Assembly (NCBI GenBank): GCA_963796275.1
Contig: CAWCKY010000003.1
Location: 1,056,001-1,120,000, forward strand
Reading direction: 5' to 3'
Length of the DNA: 64,000 bases
From: an uncultured Acidobacteriota bacterium
Lineage (GTDB): Bacteria > Acidobacteriota > Blastocatellia > RBC074
This document shows, one piece after another, positions 1-11,568 of the stretch (positions are counted from its first letter, which is position 1; every line of letters starts with the position of its first letter). Under the pieces are notes generated by a model. It worked only from the letters and a program-made list of their open reading frames with translations, searched no databases and was not told the origin of the DNA. Position numbers and translations under genes: made by a program.

Positions 1-77
1 ACGTCGGTAAAGATGACGCCCGGCTTAACCGAGCCGTAAATAAAGAGAAGAATTAGTGAGGCTGTGAGACGGCTCAT
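1..77 (-). CDS. N-terminal fragment of a probable secreted protein (possibly CRTAC1/ASPIC-UnbV-like), truncated by the window edge
   Basis: ATG at 77 reads MSRLTASLILLFIYGSVKPGVIFTD: signal-like hydrophobic stretch followed by an FTD(V) motif; the frame runs off the edge. Confidence 0.4.
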   Translation of the reverse strand, partial: MSRLTASLILLFIYGSVKPGVIFTD

Positions 78-402
78 TATGATGGGAAAAATTCATTCAG
101 ACTGACGTTAAAACCCGGCGATATAGCTTCGCTCACCAGAGTTATAACAGCAGAGAAAATTTGTACCTCGGTCTGTAGGCGAAAAATCGATCCGGGGATT
201 ATTCGGTCAATTACTGCAGCCATAAAATTCTCTCCGGTTGAATCATTCTAAAACAATGCGACAAAGATTGATACAAACCGGGAAGAGATGAAAAGAACGA
301 AGAAAACGAAGGGATCGTCTGTCTGCCGTCTGTATGTCGTCGGAATGGTGAAGTGTCTTCGTCTTCTTCGTTTACTGTGGCTTACCTGTTGGCCGGACAG
401 TC

Positions 403-1884
<1,482 letters not shown>

Positions 1885-2230
1885 TGGTGACCTACCTCGT
1901 TTATTGATCTCTGGAGATGTCAGGGCATAAATTTAAACCCGGATCCGATGATGAAAGGTGACTAAGACGCAGATCGGATTGTGTGAATATGGTAGTAGGC
2001 GATTTATGGCGTCGATCTGTTTCTGTCCGTCGCAATGTGGGCGAATAGGTTCCCGTTGCTTGAGCGACTGGATAATGACCCGAGGAGCGTTGAATAACGG
2101 TTGGTCTTTCTATCCCCGAAATATTAGCCAGGTAGAAAAGATTAAAGGGCGAGGGGAAGGAGACAAGGAAGCCTTGTGTATCCCTGTCTTTCTTGTCCCC
2201 TTGTCTTTCTGATAGCTGATATCCGCGGAT

Positions 2231-3301
2231 TTACGCTACTGTGATCTCTTTCGCCAGATAGACGTCCTGGATCGCATTCAATATTTTCACGCCTTCATTC
2301 ATCGGGCGCTGGAAAGCCTTGCGGCCTGAGATAAGACCGGTGCCGCCGGCCCGTTTGTTGATGATGGCAGTCTTCACCGCCTCAGCCAGATCGCTCTGCC
2401 CTTTCGATTCGCCACCCGAGTTGATCAGCCCCGATCTGCCCATATAGCAATTAGCGATCTGATAGCGCGTCAGGTCGATCGGATTGTCGGAACTCAGTTG
2501 CGTATAGACACGTTCATCTGTCTTACCGTAAGGGTTCTCTTTGGTCGCCAGCACCTTGTAACCGCCGTTGTTAGCCGGCAGTTTCTGTTTGATGATGTCT
2601 GCTTCAATCGTCACGCCGAGATGATTGGCCTGGCCCGTCAGATCGGCCGATAGGTGATAGTCCTTGTCTTTCTTAAAAGCAGGGTTGCGCAGATAACACC
2701 ACAAGACCGTGAACATTCCGAGTTCGTGCGCGTGTTGGAATGCCTGGGTGATCTCCTGTAACTGACGCTTCGATTCCTCCGAGCCGAAATAGATGGTTGC
2801 TCCTACTCCGGCTGCTCCCATATCGAATGCCTGGTCGACGCTGGCGAATAATATCTGATCGAAGCTGTTCGGATAGGAGAGAAATTCGTTGTGATTGATT
2901 TTGACGATGAAAGGAATCTTGTGCGCATATTTGCGCGCGCAGGCCCCGAGCACGCCGAGCGTGGAGGCTACGGCATTGCACCCGCCTTCGACGGCGAGTT
3001 TAACGATGTTCTCGGGGTCGAAATAGGCTGGGTTGGGAGCGAAGCTAGCGCCGGCTGAATGCTCGATCCCCTGATCGACGGGAAGGATCGAGACGAAGCC
3101 CGTTCGGGCTAGACGTCCGGTATTGAATAGCGATTGTAAGTTGCGCAGTACGGTTATGGGACGATCGGTATTCACCAACACGCGGTCGATGAAATCCGGA
3201 CCGGGCAGGTGTAAAAGGTCTCGCGAAATTGTTTTGCATTCGTGTTTGAGAAGCAACTGCCCTTCTTCTCCGAGCATTTGCTCAATCTCTTTAAATTCCA
3301 T
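2231..3301 (-). CDS. fbaB: Class I fructose-bisphosphate aldolase (DhnA/FbaB type)
   Basis: [35 protein letters not shown]; start set at MEFKEIEQ after an AGGAG RBS. Confidence 0.95.
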   Translation of the reverse strand: MEFKEIEQMLGEEGQLLLKHECKTISRDLLHLPGPDFIDRVLVNTDRPITVLRNLQSLFNTGRLARTGFVSILPVDQGIEHSAGASFAPNPAYFDPENIVKLAVEGGCNAVASTLGVLGACARKYAHKIPFIVKINHNEFLSYPNSFDQILFASVDQAFDMGAAGVGATIYFGSEESKRQLQEITQAFQHAHELGMFTVLWCYLRNPAFKKDKDYHLSADLTGQANHLGVTIEADIIKQKLPANNGGYKVLATKENPYGKTDERVYTQLSSDNPIDLTRYQIANCYMGRSGLINSGGESKGQSDLAEAVKTAIINKRAGGTGLISGRKAFQRPMNEGVKILNAIQDVYLAKEITVA

Positions 3302-3534
3302 AGCTCTCTCCTGATGGGAGTTGTTATTTAGGGATTGGTTGGGAAGTAAATCGGATTTTACTGTGCAACCTTGAAAATGGTCAAACTGTGGAAAATGCAG
3401 CAAGGCCAACCCTCAGCCATTCAGCGGTGAGGCTAGTCTGCGCGATGAGCGCATACAAGACGACTCGCTATTCGGTTACGGTCCTGCTGGTTGAGCGGTT
3501 GTCTAACTGCCGTTTCGTTGATGAATCAGCTATC

Positions 3535-5016
3535 TCAATTCCCACACACGAGATTAACCAGCGTCCGGACGCAAACACCTGTCGGCCCGACAGACATGTA
3601 AGGTTTGTTCGTCTCATTCCATGCTGTGCCGGCGATGTCCAGGTGAGCCCATGGAGTGTCTTCCACGAATTCACGAATAAAATAGGCCCCCGTGATCGTG
3701 CCGGCTTTGCGCCCGCCGATATTTTTTATGTCCGCGATCTCGCTTTTGATCTGTTCGCGATACTCTTTGTCGAGCGGCAATTGCCAGATCTTCTCGCCCG
3801 CCCTTTTGCCGGCCGCGATGATCTGGTCGATCCACTCCTGGTTTGTGCCGAGAACGGCGATGTAGATATCTCCGAGTGCGATCGATACGGCACCGGTGAG
3901 CGTCGCGAGGTCGACTATCCTGGTGGCACCAAGTTTACGCGCATAAGAGACGGCATCGGCCAAAACAAGGCGGCCCTCGGCGTCTGTGTTTATGACCTCG
4001 ATCGTCTTCCCGGACATGGCATGCACGACATCGCCGGGACGCTGCGCCCGCCCGCCCGGCATGTTTTCGGTGGCCGGCACGATGCCGATGACGTTGACCT
4101 GGGGTTTGAGCTGAGCCAACGCGCGCATAGCCGCGATTGTAGTTGCTCCCCCGGCCATGTCGTATTTCATCTTCTCCATCCCGTCCGCCGGCTTGATCGA
4201 AATGCCGCCCGTATCGAAAGTGATTCCCTTGCCGATGATAGCCACGGTCTCATCCGACCTGAATTGTGGGGTATAACGCAGAACAATCATCTTCGGCGGT
4301 TCGGCGGAACCCTGAGCCACGCCGAGCATTGCGCCCATCTTGAGTTCTTTCATCCGCGCTTCGTCGAGCACGTCGATGCCCAACCCGAAATCACGCGCAA
4401 CCTCTTCGGCACAACGCGCGAGCTCGGTCGGCGTCATAACATTGCTCGGCTCATTGATCACATCGCGCGCGAAGTTCGTTGCCTCCGCGATGATCCGGCC
4501 GCGCCGGATACCGCGATCCAGTTCGTCCGCGTCGCCCTCGGCCGCGGCGAATATGATCTTTTCGAGATGACTTTCGATCTTATCGCTCGTCTGGTACTTA
4601 TCAGGATCGAACAGCGCCAGCAGCGCGCCTTCGGTAGCGGCCTGCGCGCTCTCGCCGATTGGAAGCCGGGAGCGACGGAAGAGGGCGATGCTGCGCGCCT
4701 TCTTCCCTCGCAGCATGCGCGCCGCAATGCCCGCCATTTTCCTGACGCCGTCTATGTTGAATTCGTCAGATTTGCCTGCGCCGAGAAGTAGCAGGCGGCG
4801 GGCTTCGATATCGCCAGGTTGGTGGATATAGGCGCTTTCACCCGATTTCCCCGAAAACTCGCCTGATTCAATCAAAGATGTAATAACGCCGCCCGAACGC
4901 TTGTCGAGCTCTGCGAGCATGTCACCGTCGAGCTTTTCGCCCTCAAAAACATCGACGACCAGTACATCACATGCGATTTCATAAAAATTCTTCCTGACAA
5001 TTGCGTTAATTTCCAT
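3535..5016 (-). CDS. pepA: Leucyl aminopeptidase (M17)
   Basis: GKGITFDTGG, MKYDMAG, NTDAEGRL, ATLTGA, HLDIAGT. Confidence 0.96.
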   Translation of the reverse strand: MEINAIVRKNFYEIACDVLVVDVFEGEKLDGDMLAELDKRSGGVITSLIESGEFSGKSGESAYIHQPGDIEARRLLLLGAGKSDEFNIDGVRKMAGIAARMLRGKKARSIALFRRSRLPIGESAQAATEGALLALFDPDKYQTSDKIESHLEKIIFAAAEGDADELDRGIRRGRIIAEATNFARDVINEPSNVMTPTELARCAEEVARDFGLGIDVLDEARMKELKMGAMLGVAQGSAEPPKMIVLRYTPQFRSDETVAIIGKGITFDTGGISIKPADGMEKMKYDMAGGATTIAAMRALAQLKPQVNVIGIVPATENMPGGRAQRPGDVVHAMSGKTIEVINTDAEGRLVLADAVSYARKLGATRIVDLATLTGAVSIALGDIYIAVLGTNQEWIDQIIAAGKRAGEKIWQLPLDKEYREQIKSEIADIKNIGGRKAGTITGAYFIREFVEDTPWAHLDIAGTAWNETNKPYMSVGPTGVCVRTLVNLVCGN

Positions 5017-5046
5017 TATCCAGACCTTTCAAATATGCCCCTCAGG

Positions 5047-6084
5047 TTACTTTACGAGACTGGTTTCCCATCTGTCATATTCGCCACCGAGTTCCTGCGC
5101 CAGCGCACTGAACCGTTCCCCGATCAGAGCTATCTTAGCTCCTTCCGGAACCATCTTCCTGGTCGCATAGCAAATCCACGCGTCACCTTGCGGCGCGCGC
5201 GACACCTCAGCGGTAAATCCTCCGACCCCGCTCGCTTTGATCCTTTCAGCGGCAGTACCGGCTGCTTCCTGAGTGGGGAAATAGAGATAGAATTCCAAAT
5301 CGTGGGGTTTGCTCAGGTCAGAACCTGCCTCCCGCAGCTGATCAAGGATATTCTGTATTTCTTCGGGAATCTTAATCGATTGGTCGGGTTTCTGCGGTTC
5401 AGTCTTTGGCATATCCACTTTTGGTGGTTCTCCTATCGGTAGTTCTTGTCTTGGTTGCGTTACGTGCTCCTGGCTAAGATTCGGTTGAGCCACCGCTGGT
5501 TGCTCGATAATTGGCTGATTAGTCGATGGTTGATCGTTGGCAGGTTGAGGCATCACCGGTTGGTTGATGACGGTTTGGGTTTTTATCGGTTGTTCGACGA
5601 CCGGTTGAGCTATTCTTGGTTGCTCGACGACCGGTTTAGCTATTCTTGATTGCTCGACGACCGGTTGAGCTATTCTTGATTGCTCGACGACCGGTTGGGC
5701 TATTCTTGGTTGCTCGACGACCTGTTGAACTATCCTCGGTTGTTCGGCGACCTGTTGAGCTATCCTCGGATGTTCGACGACCTGAGCTATCCTCGGTTGT
5801 TCGGCGACCTGTTGAGCTATCCTCGGTTGTTCGACGACCGGTTGAACTATCCTCGGATGTTCGATGATAGGTTGTGCTATTTTCGGCAGATCGAATTGCG
5901 GTCTTTCAGCGCGCGGCCTTTGAGGCCTATGCGGTTCTATCCGGGGAGAATCTACCTTTGGCTGATTTACCACGAAGTCTGTTAAAACAGTGCCGGGCGC
6001 TTTCCGTCTGCGCAAGCGCAAAAGGATGATCGCGAGTGATGCCAGGAGCACTGCCAGAACTAGGAGTGTGATATTGTCATCCAT
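5047..6084 (-). CDS. Membrane-anchored protein with P/Q-rich repeat linker and C-terminal RraB-like domain
   Basis: N-terminal TM helix followed by RLRRRK; QPVVEQPRIA repeats; C-terminus GSDLSKPHDLEFYLYFP...ELGGEYDRWET resembles the RraB family. Confidence 0.7.
   Translation of the reverse strand: MDDNITLLVLAVLLASLAIILLRLRRRKAPGTVLTDFVVNQPKVDSPRIEPHRPQRPRAERPQFDLPKIAQPIIEHPRIVQPVVEQPRIAQQVAEQPRIAQVVEHPRIAQQVAEQPRIVQQVVEQPRIAQPVVEQSRIAQPVVEQSRIAKPVVEQPRIAQPVVEQPIKTQTVINQPVMPQPANDQPSTNQPIIEQPAVAQPNLSQEHVTQPRQELPIGEPPKVDMPKTEPQKPDQSIKIPEEIQNILDQLREAGSDLSKPHDLEFYLYFPTQEAAGTAAERIKASGVGGFTAEVSRAPQGDAWICYATRKMVPEGAKIALIGERFSALAQELGGEYDRWETSLVK
5580..5885 (-). repeat. Coding tandem repeat, 30-bp (10-aa) unit QPVVEQPRIA, about 10 copies
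   Basis: Repeated gctattcttggttgctcgacgaccggttga-like units. Confidence 0.9.
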
Positions 6085-6553
6085 ATTTCACCTTGGTTTT
6101 GATTGCAATGCGCGCTTCGCGCTCTTGCGTCTTGCGCGCTTCTGTTTCGCGTTTGTCGTATAGTTTTTTGCCGCGGGCAATAGCCAGCTCACACTTGATT
6201 AAATTTCCCTTGAAATACAACTTGGTCGGTATGAGGGTCAGACCTTTCTCCTGTACCTTCGACTGTAGACGTATGATCTCGCGCTTGTGCAGCAGCAGGC
6301 GCCGGTCGCGCGTCGGATAATGATTTTGCCTATTGCCGTGAGAATAATGGCTGATGTGTGCGTTTAGCAACCATGTCTGGCCATCGCGCACCAGCGCATA
6401 GGCATCTTTCAGGTTCACGCGCCCCTCTCGGATCGATTTAACCTCGGTGCCCACCAATTGAATCCCAGCTTCGAATGTTTCAAGGATGTGATAATTGTGA
6501 TAGGCATCGCGGTTGGTTGTGATGATCTTTTGCTCATTCGTTTTTTCCGTCAT
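6077..6553 (-). CDS. smpB: SsrA-binding protein
   Basis: EAGIQLVGTEVKSIR, RRLLLHKREI, ARGKKLYDKRE. Confidence 0.97.
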   Translation of the reverse strand: MTEKTNEQKIITTNRDAYHNYHILETFEAGIQLVGTEVKSIREGRVNLKDAYALVRDGQTWLLNAHISHYSHGNRQNHYPTRDRRLLLHKREIIRLQSKVQEKGLTLIPTKLYFKGNLIKCELAIARGKKLYDKRETEARKTQEREARIAIKTKVKYG

Positions 6554-6811
6554 TTATCAGGAATCTTTTTGGGGGGATAGAAAGGACTTACATGATTTTT
6601 CAAGATTTATCATGATACACAAGGTCATGACAATCTGGGTAAATCCTGACCTAAGTTTCTTCGTTTCCTACGCCTTCGACAATTGCGAACCGACTATTGT
6701 CAATTCGGATGATCGGGGTTTGCCGGACCAGACATTCATTTACACTATTAAAAAGCCGTATTACTTCGCCTATTCTCCCAGAATTGCCCACGACAACTCA
6801 ACCTTTATGAT

Positions 6812-7297
6812 CTATATTTTTTTCGATTTTTCCCGCACCCATATCATCTCTTTCGTCCGTTCAAAACCGAGGCTGAGATAAAGCTGTTCACCTTCATCCG
6901 ATGGGTGGAGGGTCACGCGCGCGAAGCCCCGCTCACAGCACCACTCTAGAATCGTTTCCATTATTCTACGTGCCAGCCCGCGCCTTCTATGCTCCGGTTC
7001 GGTATAGATGTTCATGATGTAGGCCTCCAAACCGCCCTGGAGACTGCCCGGACGCGGCAACAATCGGCGCATCATCACTCCGCCGCCGGCAATGACCTTT
7101 TCTTCGAGTTCAACAAGCCAGCCCAAATAATCATCCTCCGCAAGCATTTCGGACAATTGGGGGATTGAGGCGGATATTATTGATACGGATTCGACCTCAT
7201 CGACGTGCTTCATCTCGCAGAACATCGCCGCCCGATGGCGAGCGATCACCGCGGCATCGTCAACGGTCGCACGACGGATTCGATACACTCCAGCCAT
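6812..7297 (-). CDS. GNAT family N-acetyltransferase
   Basis: NIYTEPEHRRRGLAR acetyl-CoA motif; LYLSLGF. Confidence 0.9.
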   Translation of the reverse strand: MAGVYRIRRATVDDAAVIARHRAAMFCEMKHVDEVESVSIISASIPQLSEMLAEDDYLGWLVELEEKVIAGGGVMMRRLLPRPGSLQGGLEAYIMNIYTEPEHRRRGLARRIMETILEWCCERGFARVTLHPSDEGEQLYLSLGFERTKEMIWVREKSKKI

Positions 7298-7300
7298 CGG

Positions 7301-8299
7301 TCAACTGCCCTCCGATTTTAACGGTCGCTCCATCAGTTCAATCATCAATTCACCCGGACTTTTATTTTCGTAGAGTAATTGAAAAACGCCTTTTGTGATC
7401 GGCATTTCCACGCCTAAACCGGCTGCCAGTTCGTATGCCGCGCGCGTCGTCTTGACTCCTTCGGCCACCGCGCGCATTTCGCCGACAATTTCCTGCAACT
7501 TGCGCCCGCGCCCCAATTCAAAACCGACGCGCCGGTTGCGCGAAAGCTCGCCGAAGCAGGTTAGGACGAGGTCGCCCATTCCGGCTAACCCGGCCAAAGT
7601 CTCTGACTTTCCGCCCAGCGTCACAGCCAGCCTCGTCATTTCGGCCAGGCCGCGAGTAACCAGCGCCGCCGCGCTATTGTATCCGAGGCCCAGGCCGCTG
7701 ACCGCGCCGGTTGAAATAGCCATCACATTCTTGATTGCACCGCCGATTTCTACCCCGATGACATCGTTATTCGTATAAATGCGAAACCGGTTGGTCGACA
7801 AGGTCTCCTGTACTCTAGCGGCCCAATCGATTGAAGACGAGGCGGCGACTATTGCGCAGGGTTCATCTTTTGCAACCTCGAGCGCGAAACTCGGCCCGGA
7901 GAGAGCGACATAACGGGGCTCGAAATGAAGGGCATTCCTCACCACTTCTTCCATTCGCATCCGCGTATCGATCTCCAGGCCTTTGGTGGCGCTGACGATA
8001 ATCATCTCCGGTCGCAGAGCGGGGAGCATTCGCAGATAGATTTCATGGCATACATGCGATGGCACAGCGGTTAATACGAGCTCGGCATCGCCTACAGCCT
8101 CGGCGAGATCCTTTGCCGGAATTATCGATCCGGGCAAGGTAAACCCTGGCAGATAGATTTTATTTACGCGCTCTCGTTGGAGAAGGGAAGCGACCTCGTT
8201 GCTGTGCGCCCATAATCGCACCTGATTTCCGGCACGCGCAGCGACGAGCGCCAACGCCGTTCCCCAGGCTCCGGCTCCGATGATCGCAACCTTTTTCAT
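7301..8299 (-). CDS. gpsA: NAD(P)H-dependent glycerol-3-phosphate dehydrogenase
   Basis: GAGAWGTALA, LSGPSFA, GGAIKNV, GMGDLVLTC, SRNR. Confidence 0.97.
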   Translation of the reverse strand: MKKVAIIGAGAWGTALALVAARAGNQVRLWAHSNEVASLLQRERVNKIYLPGFTLPGSIIPAKDLAEAVGDAELVLTAVPSHVCHEIYLRMLPALRPEMIIVSATKGLEIDTRMRMEEVVRNALHFEPRYVALSGPSFALEVAKDEPCAIVAASSSIDWAARVQETLSTNRFRIYTNNDVIGVEIGGAIKNVMAISTGAVSGLGLGYNSAAALVTRGLAEMTRLAVTLGGKSETLAGLAGMGDLVLTCFGELSRNRRVGFELGRGRKLQEIVGEMRAVAEGVKTTRAAYELAAGLGVEMPITKGVFQLLYENKSPGELMIELMERPLKSEGS

Positions 8300-8316
8300 C
8301 TATCAAATCTCAGGAA

Positions 8317-8780
8317 TTTTCAGACCGCCTGAAGGCGGGACTCCGAACATGTTCCGCATCGTTTGGAGTTCCGCGTTTACGCGGTCTTCTTCCTTTCGAA
8401 CGATTTCAGACCGCCTGAAGGCGGGACTCCAAACATGTTCCGCATCGTTTGGAGTTCCGCGTTTACGCGGTCTTCTTCTTTTCGAACGATTTTCAGACCG
8501 CCTGAAGGCGGGACTCCAAACATGTTCCGCATCGTTTGGAGTTCCGCGTTTACGCGGTCTTCTTCTTTTCGAACGATTTCAGACCGCCTGAAGGCGGGAC
8601 TCCAAACATGTTCCGCATCGTTTGGAGTTCCGCGTTTACGCGGTCTTCTTCTTTTCGAACGATTTCAGACCGCCTGAAGGCGGGACTCCAAACATGTTCC
8701 GCATCGTTTGGAGTTCCGCGTTTACGCGGTCTTCTTCTTTTCGAACGATTTTCAGACCGCCTGAAGGCGGGACTCCAAAC
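8317..8780. repeat. Tandem REP/BIME-like array: 86/87-bp unit, 5 full copies plus 1 partial
   Basis: cagaccgcctgaaggcgggactcc starts at 8321, 8407, 8494, 8580, 8666 and 8753; each full unit also carries the inverted gtttggagttccgcgtttacgcgg. Confidence 0.95.
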
Positions 8781-8919
8781 AATGTTCACGAACGAAAAAA
8801 ATCAGATCTTTTCGTCTGATACTTATTCTCTCTACAGGGCAATCGTATCAAATTAAATCTTTCATCCAGGCGCCCACCAAAAATCGATAGGATCAGCGAT
8901 TTCTAAATTTCAAATCTTC

Positions 8920-9612
8920 CTACCGCACCATTCCCAGCTTGTTCTCCGTTCCCGCCAGCAGACGCCTGATATTCCCCCAATGCTTTCCGATGATCAGCCC
9001 CGAAACCGCACAGAGAGCAATCATGACTTGACCGAAGCCTGCGACTGGAGAGATCGCTATATTTTGAATGACAGTCCACAGCGGGACGCAGATTGCTGCA
9101 GCAATAGATCCCAGTGAAACATAGCGCGTGCGCCAGACAATTAATACGAAGACGACCGCCGCTGCCAGCACCGACCAAGGGACGATGGCGAGAAATACTC
9201 CCAATCCCGTTGCCACGCCCTTTCCCGCATGAAACTTGAGCCAGACCGGGAAGCAGTGGCCGGCGACGGCGAAAATCGCCGATGCCGCCGCCAGAGTATC
9301 CGCATCCGGACCGCCGGAGGTCATCCATCGCGCGACCCAGACCGCAAGAAATCCCTTCGCCGTATCGAGCGCGAGCGTAGCAATACCCGCAGCTTTTCCG
9401 GACTTTCTCAGGACATTGGTCGCCCCGGTTGCTCCGCTGCCCGTCTCGCGGATATCCGCTCCGCTTTTCAATCTCACAATCAGGTATCCGAATGGAATGG
9501 AACCCAGCAAATACGCAATTACGAGGGGGAGAGCGATGCGCCCGAGATATGTCGTTGAGAGCAGATGATATGAGAGCAGATGATAGAGGAAGAAGATTAC
9601 GGTCGTGCCCAT
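8920..9612 (-). CDS. plsY: Glycerol-3-phosphate acyltransferase
   Basis: YLLGSIPFG, GSGATGATNVLR, GHCFP...GKGVAT, HWGNIRRL..GTE. Confidence 0.95.
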   Translation of the reverse strand: MGTTVIFFLYHLLSYHLLSTTYLGRIALPLVIAYLLGSIPFGYLIVRLKSGADIRETGSGATGATNVLRKSGKAAGIATLALDTAKGFLAVWVARWMTSGGPDADTLAAASAIFAVAGHCFPVWLKFHAGKGVATGLGVFLAIVPWSVLAAAVVFVLIVWRTRYVSLGSIAAAICVPLWTVIQNIAISPVAGFGQVMIALCAVSGLIIGKHWGNIRRLLAGTENKLGMVR

Positions 9613-9616
9613 TCCA

Positions 9617-10852
9617 TCACCCGATTCTTCTTCGCAGCAAATCGAGAGCCGCATTGACCGAGAGCGTGCGTATGAATGGCCGATCGCCGGGAAAAAGGAA
9701 TTTCTTCACCGAGGTTTGCGCGTCATCGGCGATCGCGATGTAGACCAGTCCAACCGGCTTTTCATCCGTGCCGCCGCCCGGCCCGGCAATGCCTGTAATG
9801 CCGATGCCGAAGGTCGAGCCGGCCAGGTTGCGGATGCCGGCAGCCATCGCCAGAGCGACCTCCTCGCTCACCGCGCCGTGATCATCGATCATCTTTTTCG
9901 GGACGCCGAGTATTTTCATCTTGGATTCGTTCGAGTAAGTGACCGCGCCTTCGAGGAAATATTCCGAACTGCCGGGGATTTCCGTGATTCTCCCCGCCAG
10001 CAACCCGCCCGTACAGCTCTCGGCCGTTGCAAGCGTGAAATGGTTTCGTTTGAGCAGATCGCCGACCACCTGCTCCAATGTTTCGTCGCACCGCGAGTAG
10101 ATGAAATCTCCGAGCACGGCATCGATAGGATGCGCGAGTTCATCTAGCAATCGTTCGGCTTCGCCCGCACTGCTCGCGTGCGCCGTCAAATGCAATTCGA
10201 TCTGCCCATCTTTGAACAGGATCGTGGTCGAGGGGTTCGTGTATTTCGTGTAGATCGGGGCGGCCAGTTCATCTGTGCGCGATTCGCTCAATCCGAAGAT
10301 GCTCAACTTGCGGCGAATGATCAACAGTTCTCCGGAACGCTGTTTGAGGACGGGCGCGACGGAGGTGTCGAACATCGGCCTCATCTCGCGCGGAGGGCCG
10401 GGCAGCAGGACAATCGTACACTGCCCCTCCTCGATCAACATTCCCGGCGCCGTTCCGTTATTGTTTATGAGGACATCCGCGCCGTTCATCACGAGCGCCT
10501 GGCGCGCGTTGATCTCGGGCATATTCATTCCGCGCTTTGCAAAACGCGTCCGGATATTTGCGAGGATCGCCTCGTTCAGGATAAGTTGCCGGTTCAATAC
10601 CCGTGCAAATATTTTTCGCGTGATGTCGTCTTCAGTCGGCCCCAGCCCTCCGGTTGCGATGATGATTTGCGAGCGACGCAGCGCATCACGCACTGCCGAC
10701 TCCAGCCTAGCTTCATCATCGCCTACGATGGTCTTCAATTTGACATCGATGCCCATAGCATTGAGCTGTTCGGTAAGCCAGAGCGAATTCGTATCCGCTC
10801 GAAAGGGCGTCAGCATCTCCGATCCAATGGCTATGATTTCCGCATTGAGCAT
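9617..10852 (-). CDS. cinA: CinA (MoCF-like domain plus NMN deamidase PncC domain)
   Basis: GGLGPTEDDIT, LPGPPREM, AESCTGG, GIAGPGGG. Confidence 0.95.
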   Translation of the reverse strand: MLNAEIIAIGSEMLTPFRADTNSLWLTEQLNAMGIDVKLKTIVGDDEARLESAVRDALRRSQIIIATGGLGPTEDDITRKIFARVLNRQLILNEAILANIRTRFAKRGMNMPEINARQALVMNGADVLINNNGTAPGMLIEEGQCTIVLLPGPPREMRPMFDTSVAPVLKQRSGELLIIRRKLSIFGLSESRTDELAAPIYTKYTNPSTTILFKDGQIELHLTAHASSAGEAERLLDELAHPIDAVLGDFIYSRCDETLEQVVGDLLKRNHFTLATAESCTGGLLAGRITEIPGSSEYFLEGAVTYSNESKMKILGVPKKMIDDHGAVSEEVALAMAAGIRNLAGSTFGIGITGIAGPGGGTDEKPVGLVYIAIADDAQTSVKKFLFPGDRPFIRTLSVNAALDLLRRRIG

Positions 10853-10858
10853 ATATAT

Positions 10859-11416
10859 TCACCAAATAAATATTATCACTGACAAGATCACGGCCGCATA
10901 AATGCCGGCAACTATATCGTCCATCATCACGCCCAATCCGCCCTTGAAATGCTGCAGTTCACCGATCGGGTAAGGTTTGAAAATATCGAAGAAACGAAAG
11001 AGCGCGAATCCGATCACCAGCCACCATCGCCATTGCGGAGCGGGTTGCGCAAGATAGGGCGCGATGAAAACGAATGATATGAGTTGCCCGCATACCTCGT
11101 CGATCACGATCTGGCTGGCGTCCTTTCGGGCGAGGATTTTTTCAGCTCTGGTGCCGGACCAAATGCCGAGCGCGGCGAGCAGCAGGCTCGTGATGATGAG
11201 ACTGTTCTGCAATAGCGGCGTATTGGAGCCGAAGGCCGTAATCAGCCCGTAGGCGATGAGCAATCCGACGAGAGAACCAAAGGTCCCCGGAGCGAATGGC
11301 ATAAATCCTGAGCCGAATCCGCTGGCTACAAATAGTGCTAGGGCATCAGCCGGGCCGCCGATTCTGGCCACGCCACCGCGCTTCAATCGACTCTCTTGAA
11401 ACCTCTCCTTAATCAT
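10859..11416 (-). CDS. pgpA: Phosphatidylglycerophosphatase A
   Basis: APGTFGS, IVIDEVCG, FRFFDIFKPYPI, GVMMDD; exact start uncertain. Confidence 0.93.
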   Translation of the reverse strand: MIKERFQESRLKRGGVARIGGPADALALFVASGFGSGFMPFAPGTFGSLVGLLIAYGLITAFGSNTPLLQNSLIITSLLLAALGIWSGTRAEKILARKDASQIVIDEVCGQLISFVFIAPYLAQPAPQWRWWLVIGFALFRFFDIFKPYPIGELQHFKGGLGVMMDDIVAGIYAAVILSVIIFIW

Positions 11417-11568
11417 TCTCCGCGAATCAATACCAGAACGACGTTTAAAAAATGAATCGCAAAATTTGGGGACAATCAACTCATTACGGATCAGCACGGA
11501 TGCGGCTGGATTGAGGCAGATTGATCTTACTGACCCGTGAGAATCAGTAGCAGTCTTGCGCTATCGAT

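Noticed and set aside
245-380. Degenerate purine/pyrimidine inverted tracts (also about 2155-2210, 6590-6650, 25970-26020, 28630-28720, 61600-61725)
   Set aside because: Probably decayed relatives of the short-repeat hairpins, but too degenerate to delimit or call individually
3388-4791. 467-aa plus-strand ORF and similar long antisense ORFs (24383-25486, 39915-40679, 47392-48306)
   Set aside because: Shadow frames opposite well-supported genes, typical of GC-rich codon usage
8317-8780. CRISPR array
   Set aside because: The intervening sequences are identical between units (no unique spacers), the period is 86-87 bp, and no cas genes are in the window
8280-8856. ORFs over the tandem array (RPPEGGTPN / DRLKAGLQT repeats)
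   Set aside because: Translations of REP-like DNA in several frames, with no coding signature
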